The notes: generated by a model not told the origin, from the letters alone. Positions 26,128-39,810 are shown, counted from the whole stretch's first letter. The stretch is 63,201 bases of DNA, filler included, from Octopus bimaculoides (GCF_001194135.2; 4 parts of 4 records of this genome joined end to end with filler, not necessarily neighbours in it), one strand, 5' to 3'. Numbers and translations are program-made.

Positions 26128-26535
26128 ATCATCACCATCATTTTTTTACGTCCACTTTTCCATGCTTTTATGAGTGACAGAATTTTGTTGAAGTGGATTT
26201 CCAATGGCCAGATGCCCTTCTAGTTGACAAACCTTACCTGTTTTCAAGTAAAGCAATACATCACCATGCCAGGCATGTTTTTGAATATAGTGAAGGACAC
26301 TGCATGCATGACAATGACAATCATTTACAATTATGTCAAGGCAAGGAAACAGTAATACACACACACATGCACGCACACACACACGCACACACACACACAC
26401 ACAACAGGCTTCTTTCAGTTTCTTTCTACCAAAGCCTTGTGAGTAGATGTGGTTTACAATTACCCAATGTGGAATTCACCCTCAAACCATATTGTTGGGA
26501 AGCAAACCTTTCATCACACAGTCCCAAGCATACAT
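26125..26535 (-). mobile_element. Composite degenerate SINE (M-type tail with family B head)
   Basis: CATCATTTTTTTACGTCCACTTTTCCATGCT tail; CAAAGCCTTGTGAGTAGAT and the head region resemble family B. Confidence 0.5.
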
Positions 26536-27098
26536 ACTCACATATGTGTACACACATATATGTGTGTGTGTGTGTTTGTTTATATGCATAAATATATAGG
26601 TTTTGTTTTGCATGATTTTTTACCTGAGACTGTTCATGCATTAAAACATGTATTTTGGGAGGGTAATTTTCTAATATAAACTCACACAGTGTTTCTTTTT
26701 AATTTCGTTTTATTATTAATCAAATTGTCTAATCAACCAATTATTCAATTAACTATTCGATTACTTCATTAATCATCCAATCAATCTGTCAATCAATAGG
26801 TTTGTCAGAGTGCTTTTGTTGCTATTTGTGACCATGTCAATGACATATTCTCATTTCTCCATGTCTGTCTAACTGAAATTTTTACTACTGTATTATAAAC
26901 ATGCATGGAGTAATAAGAAATTGGTTTTGAAGAAGCCATGAACAGTTCTGAAAGGATTTTGACAAGTCCACTGATTTACTGATTGGTCCAATGCTCAATC
27001 AACAGTCAATTAGTTAATTGGATAACCAGATGACTAATAATGAAAACAAGTGAAATAGAACCTCTGCATGTGTCTATCACAAGCAACACACATACACA

Positions 27099-27137
<39 letters not shown>

Positions 27138-27179
27138 CACATGATATATAGGGCACTCAACTTCACTAAGGACTATACT

Positions 27180-28330
27180 GAAATTAGCAATGAGGACATA
27201 AACATCATCATGAATGCCAAAAAAGCCCTACTAATTGACAAGGTTTCAACCTGAGTTAAATTGAGGGTTGCTTTGATGTTGCAATGTGAGCAATTGTCAT
27301 TGCTGACATATGTGACCATTTTACTCTAGAATGCCTTAGCACTATCTAGTTACACACTAAATTGACTCAGTAAGGGCCTAACCCATGCTCTTAATTCTCT
27401 TGGGCTCGGGTGATTTTGTGGATGAGATATTAAATCTAGACACTGTAACCTATATATCTTGTTGGAAGCTAAATGAGGGGGGTGACATATATCAATACAG
27501 CTTCCTGTCATCTAGCCATAGTTTACAGGAACCTAATTAAAGAGGTAAGCAGAAGAGTCTCCAGCTTATCTGCGAATAAAGAGATCTTCAATGCAGCAAT
27601 CATGTACTACAATGAGGCCCTGGCTATCAGTGGTTTGGGGGAATACCATTAGTTATATATCCAACCCTAAGTCCACCCAAGTCCACTATGGTGGCAAAAA
27701 TGCCACCATAATGCAATGGAGTGGTAAATCATATACCACTCCATTTTCTCTAAATGTAAAAACTCATGTAGGTAGGATCTTCCTAAATTAAGTTGATAAG
27801 CATTTACTCTAAACACAAATACAGGAAAATCTTTAATAGACACAATTTAAGGGTCTCTTTTTGCTGTGCACCTACCATAAAGAAAATATTAGTAAGTGGG
27901 CCTAAACCTAGAACTGAGGCATGTTGCTCATGCAGAAGTAATGTCATATGCCCACCAAACAGCCATTGCGTATAAGACAGAGGATCCCAGTGGAGTAAAT
28001 AGATATACAGAGGTATGTAGGCTCAATTGAAGGTCCTCTTAGGAGCAGATTCAACAATGAAAATCATTGTTTAATATTCAAGAAAGTTGTAATGTATGAA
28101 CATTGAAAGAGAATGCTGCACATTACATCAAGTGGAATATATTAAAAAGTGCAAACCTTGCTTTAACAGTATTAGGAGGTGCAACCTTTGTTTACTGAGA
28201 AAAGAATCATATTGAAGAACTCACTCCATTCAGGAGATTGTCTGAACTCTAAAAGTGAAGTGTTTTCCACTTGCTCTCATGTATGCAGATATACCTTAGC
28301 AAACTGGCCATCTGCACCATAAAAATAAAT
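27180..28330 (+). mobile_element. Penelope-like element remnant (RT C-terminus and GIY-YIG)
   Basis: Motifs GCFDVAM, PFSLNVKTHVGRIFLN, KYRKIFNRHNLRVSFCC, YVGSIEG and CNLCLL...; many stops. Confidence 0.85.
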
Positions 28331-28519
28331 GTTGTCTCTCTAACCCCAACGGTGCTTCTCCTTTCCAAAATGAGAGGAATTAATACATGTCACACACAAC
28401 TTTGATATACACAACATCTTAAACACATGTGCATAAACATGGTTTTAAAATTAACCTTTACCACCAAAACCATCCCAACTCCTTCTCCTCCCCCACATTC
28501 CTTCACCCTACCCATTCTC

Positions 28520-28790
28520 ATCATCATTTAACGTCCTCTTTCCATGCTAGCATGGGTTGGACGATTTGACTGGAGACTAGCGAACCAGATGGCTACACCA
28601 GACTCCAATCTGATCTGGCAGAGTTTCTACAGCTGGATGCCCTTCCTAACGCCAACCACTCCGAGAGTGTAGTGGGTGCTTTTTACGTACCACTGGCACT
28701 AGGGTCAGTCTGGTGGTTATGGCAACGGCCACACTCAAATGGTGTTTTTTACGTGCCACCTGCACAGGAGTCAGTCCAATGTTTTAAACA
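28520..28790 (-). mobile_element. SINE family M copy
   Basis: Near-identical to 200-360 over the tail region. Confidence 0.85.
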
Positions 28791-28984
28791 CAAATGCACA
28801 CACACATATACAACCACACACACACACACTGATTGCCACTGATAGCAATAACTAGAGCATTTTACAAAGATGTGCCATAGATAAACATGGTATATCTAAA
28901 TCTACCTATTTTACATGCATAGTCTATATTTAGTTACATGAAAAGGGCAATGGAAAGATGGATATATATAAATGTATATATTTT

Positions 28985-29024
<40 letters not shown>

Positions 29025-29215
29025 NNNNNNNNNNACGCCAACCACTCCGAGAGTGTAGTGGGTGCTTTTTACGTACCACTGGCACTAGGGTCAGTCTGGT
29101 GGTTATGGCAACGGCCACACTCAAATGGTGTTTTTTACGTGCCACCTGCACAGGAGTCAGTCCAATGTTTTAAACACAAATGCACACACACATATACAAC
29201 CACACACACACACAC

Positions 29216-29315
29216 NNNNNNNNNNNNNNNNNNNNNNNNNNNNNNNNNNNNNNNNNNNNTTAATTAATTAANNNNNNNNNNNNNNNNNNNNNNNNNNNNN
29301 NNNNNNNNNNNNNNN
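29216..29315. other. Artificial scaffold-join spacer (44N-TTAATTAATTAA-44N)
   Basis: Exactly 100 bp with a six-frame stop linker; identical spacers at 34869-34968 and 44977-45076. Confidence 0.9.
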
Positions 29316-29374
29316 TATATAAGTGCGTCTGTTTGCATATTTGTTTGTATGTATGTATGTATGTACATACATAC

Positions 29375-29636
29375 TGTGACGAGTGTCACGACGCCCCCTG
29401 CGAGAATAGACAGACCGAGCGACTATGAATAGAAGCGGTTTGAATGGGATGAGAGTCAGTAGGCGTTAATCGCAGGATGACGTAAGTTGACGTTTTTTGA
29501 CGGGATATTGCTTGTCGGTTCGTGTATAGTTTCTGGAGAGTTCGTTGGATTGTTACGTTGATACTCTGCTTCCTTATATATTTATTGTTACTACACAGTT
29601 ACAGTGTAAAACAAGTATCGTCATAACAATTGGCGA
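29375..29636. other. CpG-rich ~255-bp LTR-like segment, or promoter
   Basis: Starts TGTGACGA and ends TCGTCATAACA (TG...CA, imperfect inverted ends), followed by TTGGCG. Minus strand has AATAAATATATAAGG. Confidence 0.35.
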
Positions 29637-30875
29637 AACAACAATACATATATAATGATTTATTTCGCTGATATAGGGCACTCTCCGTGATATATGCTAC
29701 ACTGTTGAGTAAGTTGGAAATACGGAACGGGACAAGATTATATATCAAAACACACCAGGTGCAGTCCTCTTGAAGAGCTTCTGTGCAATTTCCTCCTACA
29801 TAATTCCATTCCGAAGGTTTCAGTTAGTTTGAACCGAGAATGCAGCAATATCTGTTATTAATCCAACTGATTGCTTACGAAGCCCCTTTACAATTCACTC
29901 TCACATATAATCTTTACTATAGATGATAAAGAAATGATTTATGTAGAGTTATATTTAGTGAAGTATTTTCTTATTGGCTCGCAGCCTTCGCTTCTGACCA
30001 GATTCATGCTAGATGTCTTATTAATTCTGCTACATATCTGTGTATCTCACTTTGAGAAAGTTTCGCAAATGACTCGTATTCCCTTTGGGTTGTATACTTT
30101 TCAAAAGTGAGTTACGATGTAAGATATGGTTAAGCAGTTTTTCACTTTAGCTTCCTGGTCAATTTTCTACTGCAATTTCTGCTATCTTCCTGCGGTAGTG
30201 ATTTGTTGGTTTAGCAAATTATCACTTTATCCGCCACTCATATATAACAAATTCGTATATGACGTCTGTACAAATCAAGAATGAACCTTCGTAATAACCT
30301 CTTCTCTAGCTGTAGTATGAGATATTAACATGTAGAACTGTACATGTTTATTTGATACAACTGTTTGCCGGTATTAGATTTATATTTTGAAATTCTTGAA
30401 TGCTGACCAAATATATATAGAATCATATTTTTCTCTTGCAATCGTTATCGCTACTGTGTAATTATATGATATTTCTATATGAGCGATGGTATTCAAAAGT
30501 CATATTTATATTCTTAGGTGGTCTTTTATTCTGGGCGTGAATATCGGTTTATCTGACCGTATGTTGGTTAAGTAAAGTGGTCAGAAACGTTTACACCGTA
30601 AAGATGTTATTCTGAGTTCAATCCACCGGGTGACATATGCAGAAATCTTCGCTTTAACTAATACCTACCGTCGGAGTTTTGTAGACGGAAAATTCAGGGG
30701 ACCGAGTTGTTTATCTAGATATATAAATGTATTTGCGTGTCAGAGTGAGTATGTGTTCTAGCCCGCATGCGTTAGTCGAAAGACACCTGTTGTTAATGTC
30801 CAGTTATTTGCATTTGGATTTGCGTACCATTTCTCCATTTTTTCCGTCCTTGTTTTCGTATACATTCGCTTCTTT

Positions 30876-30911
<36 letters not shown>

Positions 30912-31449
30912 AGCGTGTATGATTACGTATGTATGCGCGTATATGTGTGACTCTATCGGCGAGTTGTAAACGTAAGTAATATGATTCTAGGCGTTCAGGG
31001 AATACAAATTTCTATGTTAAGAGCCATAATGTTTTCTCGATCTCTTTAAGTAAAACCGTACCTATTATTTATGTCTAAAACTCATCTGTAATAATGTGTC
31101 CGTATATATGGAAATATCATTTCGCCCCTAATCCTGGCTAAACTCATATGAAATTGAAAGAATTGGATTTATTTCAGAATAGTTGTTTTCATATTCGAAG
31201 AAACCTTTTGAGTGTTCTATCTTTCGAAAGGAGGTAATAAAACTGAGGCCGATATAGTAGCAGCGAAACGATATAAATTTTCTAATTAATAGAAACGAGC
31301 GATATTGCAGAATCGTTAAAACATAATGAGGAGATTGTACAACATTTCAGTATCCGAGGTTTAATTTTAGTAAATGACCCAAAACTCAGATAATCTAGGG
31401 TTAATTACTTAGAACAGGAATCTGCCACTTAATTGCAAATACCTTTTAA

Positions 31450-31666
31450 ACCTTCAGCATTTCAATCGGCCATATCTGGCCAAAATAGGCCTCCTGTTTT
31501 ATGTTGAAACTGTCCTGATTTAACCTTTCACTACTACTCAAAAATGTCATTCTAAAAATAAATAACATAATCAAAATTTCAAGACTATGATACAATTCAT
31601 GATTAATTGAAAACAATATAAATAAATAAGCTTTACGTTTGGCAGAGTAATTTAAACGCTAAAGGG
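31450..31666. mobile_element. piggyBac-type MITE
   Basis: TTAA|ACCTTCAGCATT ... AACGCTAAAGGG|TTAA: imperfect CCC-type TIRs with TTAA flanks. Confidence 0.55.
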
Positions 31667-34600
31667 TTAAACACTTTGGAAACAATGTTTTGAACATGGT
31701 ATTCATTTTATCATCGTCGTCGTGTTTTTAAAATCCGGATTGAAGGGATTATAGCTATGTTCGTTATCAATTTCTAAGTAATCACATTATTCCCTAGTAT
31801 ACTCTTCTATATTGTGTAACTTACTTTCATGAAAGATTCTTCAATTTATTATTGAAATCCTCGAGTTGCTTTCTCTGTTATTGCAATTCCAACGTGTATT
31901 GTATTATATAGGAATTAACTTATATCATTCGTAAATATTCCGTTTACTGGTTGGTATCTTAGAAACATTTTCTTCGCTTAGTATTCGCTTAATGAAAATT
32001 TATATACTGTCATTTTGCCATCAACACCATTTGTATATTCAATATATCTTTTCATTACATTGCCACATTTACTTATCTTTATGACCACGTTACACTTTCA
32101 TCAAATAACATTTATTCATCCATCATATTTAACTAGGCCTTGGTTTATAGTACATTGTTTATGCTCCAATATCTATTCTAAAATACGTTGGACATCATAA
32201 ATCTTAAACCCAACTGATAATATGAAGTTTGTTTGTAAACCTGCCTTTTTAGTTAATTCAAATCGTATTTGTAATTTATACTTTTAAAGTTGAAAGATAT
32301 GTATGTTTGTAGCAGTGTGTGTTTCTCGATGTTTGTGCGTGCATGTATACCTTCAATTTTTATGGAATATTTTACTTCCTAGAAGATGACAGGTAATTTC
32401 TAAGAAAAAAAAAAAAAGAAACGACAAAACGTTTATCAGTGTAATTCGGAAAACAATAACAATGATCATTACACATCGAACATGAAAATATATAATTTCA
32501 ATGTTCTACTTAGAGACTGCATCTGTAAAATACGTGTTAGGGTTACTCTTAGCTTGAACAACTTTTTCAAATTGTGGCTTAGACATTATTAACTTTACGA
32601 ATAGCATTAATATCAATAGAATTTGTAGTCAGAGAAGCAGAGTTCTAGTGTTCAATGTAAGTATCCGTAGATATTATCCTCCCCGCTGTCTTGGGTAGAG
32701 GTGTTCATATCTACAGAGCGACTCATCTTTATGATTATAGATCACATTTATATTCTGTGGATTAGAATTCTATCTGATCTGTTATGTTTGAACTTAGTAG
32801 ATGTTTTATTGGAAATATTTCTACAATATTGTATTGATATGAATGCATGTATCTATTCCGGGTGTGTTTATCTTAAAGCAGTCTTTTCCACTGAGGACAT
32901 GGAACATTGGTATTTCACGTTTGTCACATCACTGTGGGAGGAAGTGCATCCATGATATTCTGGGGCTCCTGCTGTTAAGCTGTATTATGTTTTCCGCAGA
33001 AGAATAATTTAAAACATTTGCGTTTGTATCTTTGAACTCTAAGGATTTTTCTGACGTGTTTTTCCGTGAGATATTTCAAATCTATCACCTGTTGTCGAAT
33101 TGCAAGACACCTTTTAAGATGTGATGCGCGGTAACGGTCAAGCTAAGGAGAAAGGTTATATTTGGTGTGATTTATGTCATCCTTTTCAAGTTTTCTTATA
33201 GATCCAAAACATAAGACTTATGCATAATATTGTTGTGGTAAGCAGAATGTTTTTATTCCATATAGTTACTGAAATATGTGAATTCCGTAGGTCTTGGTTC
33301 GTACGGGAGATTAACAAGAAATAAATGACTTTTGACATCTTTAATATGGTCGGGTAAGATGTTATTCACTTCTTGTTTAAGAAGGATGTTTGTGTAATTT
33401 TCGTGGGTATATTTTAGAATGTGTTATGCGAGTGACATAGGGTATTCGAAGGCTACTTTTAGTGATTTTCAGCCAATATCTTTCTACATTTCTTCTCGGA
33501 GAGAGTCTGTCAATGCACCACTCTTTCAGAATATTTGCAGCTGATGTCAAGATTTTGCAACTTTTCATGTCGCCTGAACATATTTTTACTATAGACCTAT
33601 GAAGAATCCAAAATATGGTTATCAGTTAGGGAATTGCAAAAGTATTGTGGGATATTTCTCTTGTAAGAGGAGAAATTTAACTGCCATATATTTTTCAGCA
33701 TGATATAATAGATCGGCTACTCTATCCTTATTAACAGTGTCTTTATATGATGTATTTTCATTCATACATAGATATTTTCATCCATACATGGATACACGAT
33801 TTCAGTAACAAGAGAAAGATGGAGATTATTGGTGCAAGAACTTTCGTTTTTGGATATAGTTTATCATTTATTGAAAATGAAATTTTTTACTAGCCACACT
33901 CCATCACTATATGTTATGATTACATACAGCTGTTTTGTTTTGTTTCATCTATTTCAGAAGTAGATGAAAAGCTTTTTGAAGGAAAATATATGAACTCTAT
34001 TAGTGTCGCTTGCTGTTGAAGAGCCAAAGTATACACAGTTGATTTTCATAAAAGAAATTCCAACGGAATTAAAGTAACATATAAACCAAAAAAAAAAATA
34101 TATATATGGACAAACAGTCACTTTAGTATACAGCCACTGAAAAATATTTATATCACAATAGATACGTCCAAAAATGAGTATTGTGGATCAACAATTTGTG
34201 AACATTTGGACGGCAAAACCTAAGATAGCAGGAATTTTTCCATGAGTGGAGGATGGAATCCAATACCTTTATGTAATCTAGTCATATTGACATGAGGTTT
34301 CTACCGTATATTCTTACTTCAAACAGTAGAGTATCACTGCTGCATACGGGTGATTGATTATATTAGCAATTGGGCTTTCAATGGATTTATGAAGGTTGCG
34401 TGTTTAAACCTTCTAAATACAGATAAGTCAGAGTTTGGGCCTGCCTTTCTTCTCCAAAGTCTTGCCCATCTCTTTAGGCATATGCATATAAAGCTAACAG
34501 GGTACAAAGTAACATATTCAATACTTCAGAAGTTGTGTGTTATACCCACATGTTCATACACTCACGCATACAGACATACACACATATACACGGACTGAAA

Positions 34601-34868
34601 TAAAGTTGTGACCTGAATTTTGAATAAAACAAAATTTCAGAGTTAATGAGTAACGTAGTTCATTTATATTCACATTAGAATACATTAACGCATTTACATA
34701 GATTTCAATAGCCTCATGCTCCAATACACACACACTCATTCACGCATGAATATATAAACCGCACTCATTAATTTATTTATCAGTCAATCTGCCCATCTAT
34801 CTAGTTACCTCTCACTCTCACATTACACACTCACATACACGTATATATATATATATATATATATATAT

Positions 34869-34968
34869 NNNNNNNNNNNNNNNNNNNNNNNNNNNNNNNN
34901 NNNNNNNNNNNNTTAATTAATTAANNNNNNNNNNNNNNNNNNNNNNNNNNNNNNNNNNNNNNNNNNNN
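34869..34968. other. Artificial scaffold-join spacer
   Basis: 44N-TTAATTAATTAA-44N. Confidence 0.9.
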
Positions 34969-35136
34969 GATCTTATATATATATATACATATATATGACC
35001 GATTAAATATATTGCATGTATTAACATATAGATTTGAATAAATCCTTCACCACCACACTCAGTTCCAATCCTTGTCTCCTTCCTTGCCACGGCTATTCTG
35101 TATACGTGTATATTTATATATGCCTGTGTATGAATT

Positions 35137-35182
<46 letters not shown>

Positions 35183-36184
35183 GCTGGATGGGTGGGTGTG
35201 TGGGCGATGGTTTGTGTGTGTGTGTATATGGACAGAAATATATGTGTGTATTCACATATATGCGCTCATGGAAATCTATGCGTATTCATATACATATTTC
35301 TTGTATAGCCGCCATGAAAATTCTCAAACACTTTCTGCCTTTCTTTCTCCACAAACACAAACACATACATCTCTATACCTCGTCCTTACTATACACGAGT
35401 CTAACCACGGTTTTCAAAATGTGATTAATTTATCGATCTTGTTATCATTTAACGAGATTCATGCTCCGTTTGCTTATAACGCTATTTCTGATAAAAATCT
35501 ACATTTTATATTATATTACATTATATTTTCTTGTATATCACTTATAGTTTTTTGTTAAATTTCATACGTAATTTTATTTTTGTAGGAAGCTGTTCTTTTG
35601 TTGTATTTTCTTTTTTTTTTTTAAATATATTTCCTTTTACTTCTCTTTTTTTTTTGCGTCGTTCCTTTTCATTCCGCCATCACAAATTTCATTGCAGACT
35701 GGTGAGACAGGACGAACATTTTAGAAACGCTTTATTGATATGTAAACTAGTGGAAAGACGTTCGCATCATATTTTGATGGTGTGTAAAGCCACAGTTACT
35801 AGGAAGGCTAATTTCGTTTTCTATTTTCTAGTTTTATTACGTCACACTACAATAACTTAATATTTTTTCATTACGTGACGCAAGGCCGGTTTCTTAGAAT
35901 TATGTATATGTTTGTAACAGTCAACTGTTTCGTCAGCAGATATAGTGATATGTCTATCATTTGAAAAGTCATTAACTTTTAAGTCGAAAAATTTCTTTAA
36001 TTTTATATTTATTAGATAAGGCATAAATCTCTTCTTTGGCAAGAACCTGCTTTACGCCATGTAAACTATCTTGCCTACCTTCACCTATGGTCGTGAATGC
36101 TAGATATTGACCGAAGGAGTACGATCGCAATATAAGTGCCTGAAATAGGGTAAAAAAAAATTACGTAAAGTTATCCTCTCGAGC

Positions 36185-36410
36185 TACTCTAACTCATAAG
36201 GGCTGGTGTCCCGGTTTCATGGAGCAAATATTCCCCACTTGGACACGACACCGTTCCGTCGCGGGATTACTCATTTTTGCAAGCTGAGTGGACTGCAGCA
36301 ACGTGAAATGAAGTGCTTTACACATGAACACAACGTGTCGCCCGGTCTAGGACTTGAAACCAAAATCTTACAATCATGAGTCAACCACCCTAACCACTGA
36401 GCCACGCGCA
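36185..36410 (-). mobile_element. tRNA-derived SINE
   Basis: Minus-strand head GCGTGGCTCAGTGGTTAGGGTGGTTGACTC...GGTTTCAAGTCC has A- and B-box-like motifs. Confidence 0.65.
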
Positions 36411-36429
36411 TCCGCAGTGCCCGAAAGAG

Positions 36430-36760
36430 AGTCTCTCCGAATGATCTCTAAAATTACGTTACTCGACAGCGTGCGTAGCTCGGGGATCAGGGAGTTGAAT
36501 CACTGCTTCTCTGCATTGGGAGGTCACAGCTCTGGTACTAACTATGGACATGTGATTAGAATGTCACAACAAAGCACCGCAGAACTGATTCTGCACGCCT
36601 AACCAATCATCAGAAGACTTAAGAGTAGACCAAACATAAAATGGTGGGATAATATCCATAGACTCAATTAATCACACTTGGTAATCCAACAGGAAAACTC
36701 AGTGACGGTTGCTTCTAATAGGACCATATGGAGGAGGTATCTTAGTTATCTATCGACACG
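36430..36760 (+). mobile_element. RTE-clade LINE 3' fragment
   Basis: YGHVIRM...SRPNIKWWDNI...ASNRTIWRR matches the RTE C-terminal motif pattern. Confidence 0.65.
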
Positions 36761-38209
36761 ACCCCACTCCAGAAATGGTAAGTGGAGAAGATGGATGAAT
36801 GGAAAAATTATCGGTTGCTTATTTCTGAAGCATGGTGCATAATATATGCTGGCTAGAGAGAGATTTAGGAAATCACTGCTTTATGAGTTTACCTGGAAAG
36901 AAACAATGTAGTTATTAATAAGAAGGGTTGAAATCGATGCATGCAAGATTTCACAGACCTAGCGTCACTCCTTCATAGTGAGCCTTTGAACTTTTTAGCC
37001 AACTCTTGTAAATTTAGAAATCAAGAATTATGAGCTGATAGTCAAATGTGCAATCTACTCGGCAGTTATTCCTCTGTCGATAAAAACAAATTATCAAAAG
37101 GAAAAGTGAAACGAATGGGAAAAACTAATGAAGAACATACGAATCCCTTGCGCTGGAAGGGAAGCTGAATCGAAAATACGAAAATAAGAAATCTAAACGC
37201 AAGCCAATGTGATTGAGGAGGTACTTGATTACATAAACTGTTTCTGATTCTGTCTGACCTTAACTCTCTGTCTATCCTGTATTCGAAAAATTGAAAAGGG
37301 TAGTGGTCAAGTCTAAGCTATTGTAGACGATATTCTCCCAAGTTACCTCGCAGCTGGATCGAAACCGGAACAACGTTGTTGTGAATTAAACTCTTTCAAC
37401 ATATACCTAGGCTTTCACGTCATATGTAATGACATCATGCAGCCAAAGAGTTCAATAAAAATAAAAGAGCTCGAGGAAAATTATGGTATTCTGCATTCAG
37501 CTAAAACCATTTTCAGTAATAGATTTAAAATGGAATAAATTCGTACGGAAGAAACTCGTTATTTCTAAATAAAATAAAGTAATCATTTCTAAATCTAGCC
37601 AACTATATAGAAAATGCTTCACCGAAGAGATTTAATAAGGCGGAAAAGTGCATTGCTTTCACTACTCGGATCTAAAAAGACGATCCTCTCCAATTTTCAT
37701 TGCTTGGATGTTTCCAGAAATAGTCAATTAGCTTGTTATATTGGAGTTATCTCTCTTGCTTGTGAAATGACGAATCTCGAAGCAGATAAAGCTATAAATA
37801 ATAGCGTGTAAGTATTAGTTTAAAAATCCTTTGGTTATAAAATGCCGAAAGCTGTATTTGCTTGTATTTTAGATTTTACACAATCTTAAATGGAGGATTT
37901 GTTTACGAAATTCTTGGATAATATAAGTTAATCGGAGTCTTTCATCTGATTTATTACATAAGTACGAGCATATTGTATGTTATTAACTACAGAAAAAAAG
38001 TCTTGGAATTACTTTATAAAGTAAAATTTTGCATTCATTCAAAAAGTAATATGCAAATTTAGATAAAATTGCTATAAAACATTTTCTCTCAGAATGTTAC
38101 TACTGTATCAGATTAGTAGACAGCACATTATAAATTAAACTATATCTAGCAACTTTTTCCTTTTCTTTCTTTCTTCCTTCCTTCCTTCCTCCTCCCTGCT
38201 CCATCACCC

Positions 38210-38359
38210 CACTCACCATTGTTTTCGTTAGTGTCCTCAACTTCATCTTCGTCATCGTCCTCAACATCGCCGTTGTCATCGTCTTCTCAGCCGACGCCGT
38301 CCTCCTCCTCCTCTTCCACCACCACCACCTCATCATCATCATCATCATCATCATCATCG

Positions 38360-38394
<35 letters not shown>

Positions 38395-38415
38395 GTCGTC
38401 GTCGTCTCCGCCGCC

Positions 38416-38446
<31 letters not shown>

Positions 38447-38541
38447 CCGTCGCCTCCGTCGACGTCGTCGTCATCATCATCATCATCATCATCATCATCA
38501 ATTTGTTGTTGTTGCTGTTGTTGTTGTTGTTGTTGTTGTTG
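38210..38541. repeat. Compound (TCA)/(CCG)/(TCG)/(TTG) trinucleotide array
   Basis: Directly visible; runs into an N gap. Confidence 0.95.
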
Positions 38542-39083
38542 NNNNNNNNNNNNNNNNNNNNNNNNNNNNNNNNNNNNNNNNNNNNNNNNNNNNNNNNNNN
38601 NNNNNNNNNNNNNNNNNNNNNNNNNNNNNNNNNNNNNNNNNNNNNNNNNNNNNNNNNNNNNNNNNNNNNNNNNNNNNNNNNNNNNNNNNNNNNNNNNNNN
38701 NNNNNNNNNNNNNNNNNNNNNNNNNNNNNNNNNNNNNNNNNNNNNNNNNNNNNNNNNNNNNNNNNNNNNNNNNNNNNNNNNNNNNNNNNNNNNNNNNNNN
38801 NNNNNNNNNNNNNNNNNNNNNNNNNNNNNNNNNNNNNNNNNNNNNNNNNNNNNNNNNNNNNNNNNNNNNNNNNNNNNNNNNNNNNNNNNNNNNNNNNNNN
38901 NNNNNNNNNNNNNNNNNNNNNNNNNNNNNNNNNNNNNNNNNNNNNNNNNNNNNNNNNNNNNNNNNNNNNNNNNNNNNNNNNNNNNNNNNNNNNNNNNNNN
39001 NNNNNNNNNNNNNNNNNNNNNNNNNNNNNNNNNNNNNNNNNNNNNNNNNNNNNNNNNNNNNNNNNNNNNNNNNNNNNNNNNNN

Positions 39084-39348
39084 GTGTGCGTGTGATTGTG
39101 TGCGTGTTTATGTATATGTGTGTGCGTGTCTGTGTGTGTGTGTGTGTATTTGTGCATGTATATGTGTGTGCGTGTCTGTGTTTGTGTGTGTGTATTTGTG
39201 CATGTATATGTGTGTGCGCGTGTGTTTGTGTGAGTGTATGTATGTGTGTATGTGTGTGTGCATGTGAGCGTGTGCGCATGTGCGAGTGTGTGTATTTGCT
39301 TGTGTGTGTGTGTTCATGTTCGTGTGTGAGCGTGAGGTGCGTGTACAT

Positions 39349-39386
<38 letters not shown>

Positions 39387-39738
39387 TTTGTTTAAGTTTC
39401 TGCATTTCCGTTTAAGTATTATCTGCATACAGAAACATTCACATGTAGTGTATATATGTGTGTATGTTTGTGTAAGTGTGTGCATGCATAATTGTGTGCA
39501 CGCACGTGTGTGTGTGTGTGCGTGCGTGTGTTTGTGTGTGTGAGTGTATAAGTATATGCGGTTGAATATGTACATATTTCTCTTAGTTTCAATGTTATAA
39601 AGACAGCTGTCGCATAAGATGGAATTTGTTAAAATATGCATACATATATACCGACGTACAGACGAACAGGCAGGCAGGCACGTACGCATATTCCAAATGG
39701 TGCCTGCCCTTAGACTCACAACAAAATAGGCACACACA

Positions 39739-39779
<41 letters not shown>

Positions 39780-39810
39780 ACACGAACACGCACACACGAA
39801 CACGCGTACA
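39084..39810. repeat. Degenerate (TG)n/(CA)n arrays
   Basis: Directly visible. Confidence 0.9.

Noticed and set aside
29035-29215. 181-bp exact duplicate of 28649-28829
   Set aside because: Identical, bounded by a 10-N gap and a scaffold end; most likely an unmerged contig overlap.
29260-29271. TTAATTAATTAA islands inside N runs (also 34913-34924 and 45021-45032)
   Set aside because: Identical 44N+12+44N = 100-bp format with stops in all six frames; an assembly linker, not biology.
37614-37811. 65-aa ORF ending near a GTAAGT donor
   Set aside because: No homology or partner exon identified.
38100-39415. Poly-Q/D/G/S/P and poly-HT ORFs
   Set aside because: Translations of tri- and dinucleotide microsatellites bridged by N gaps.
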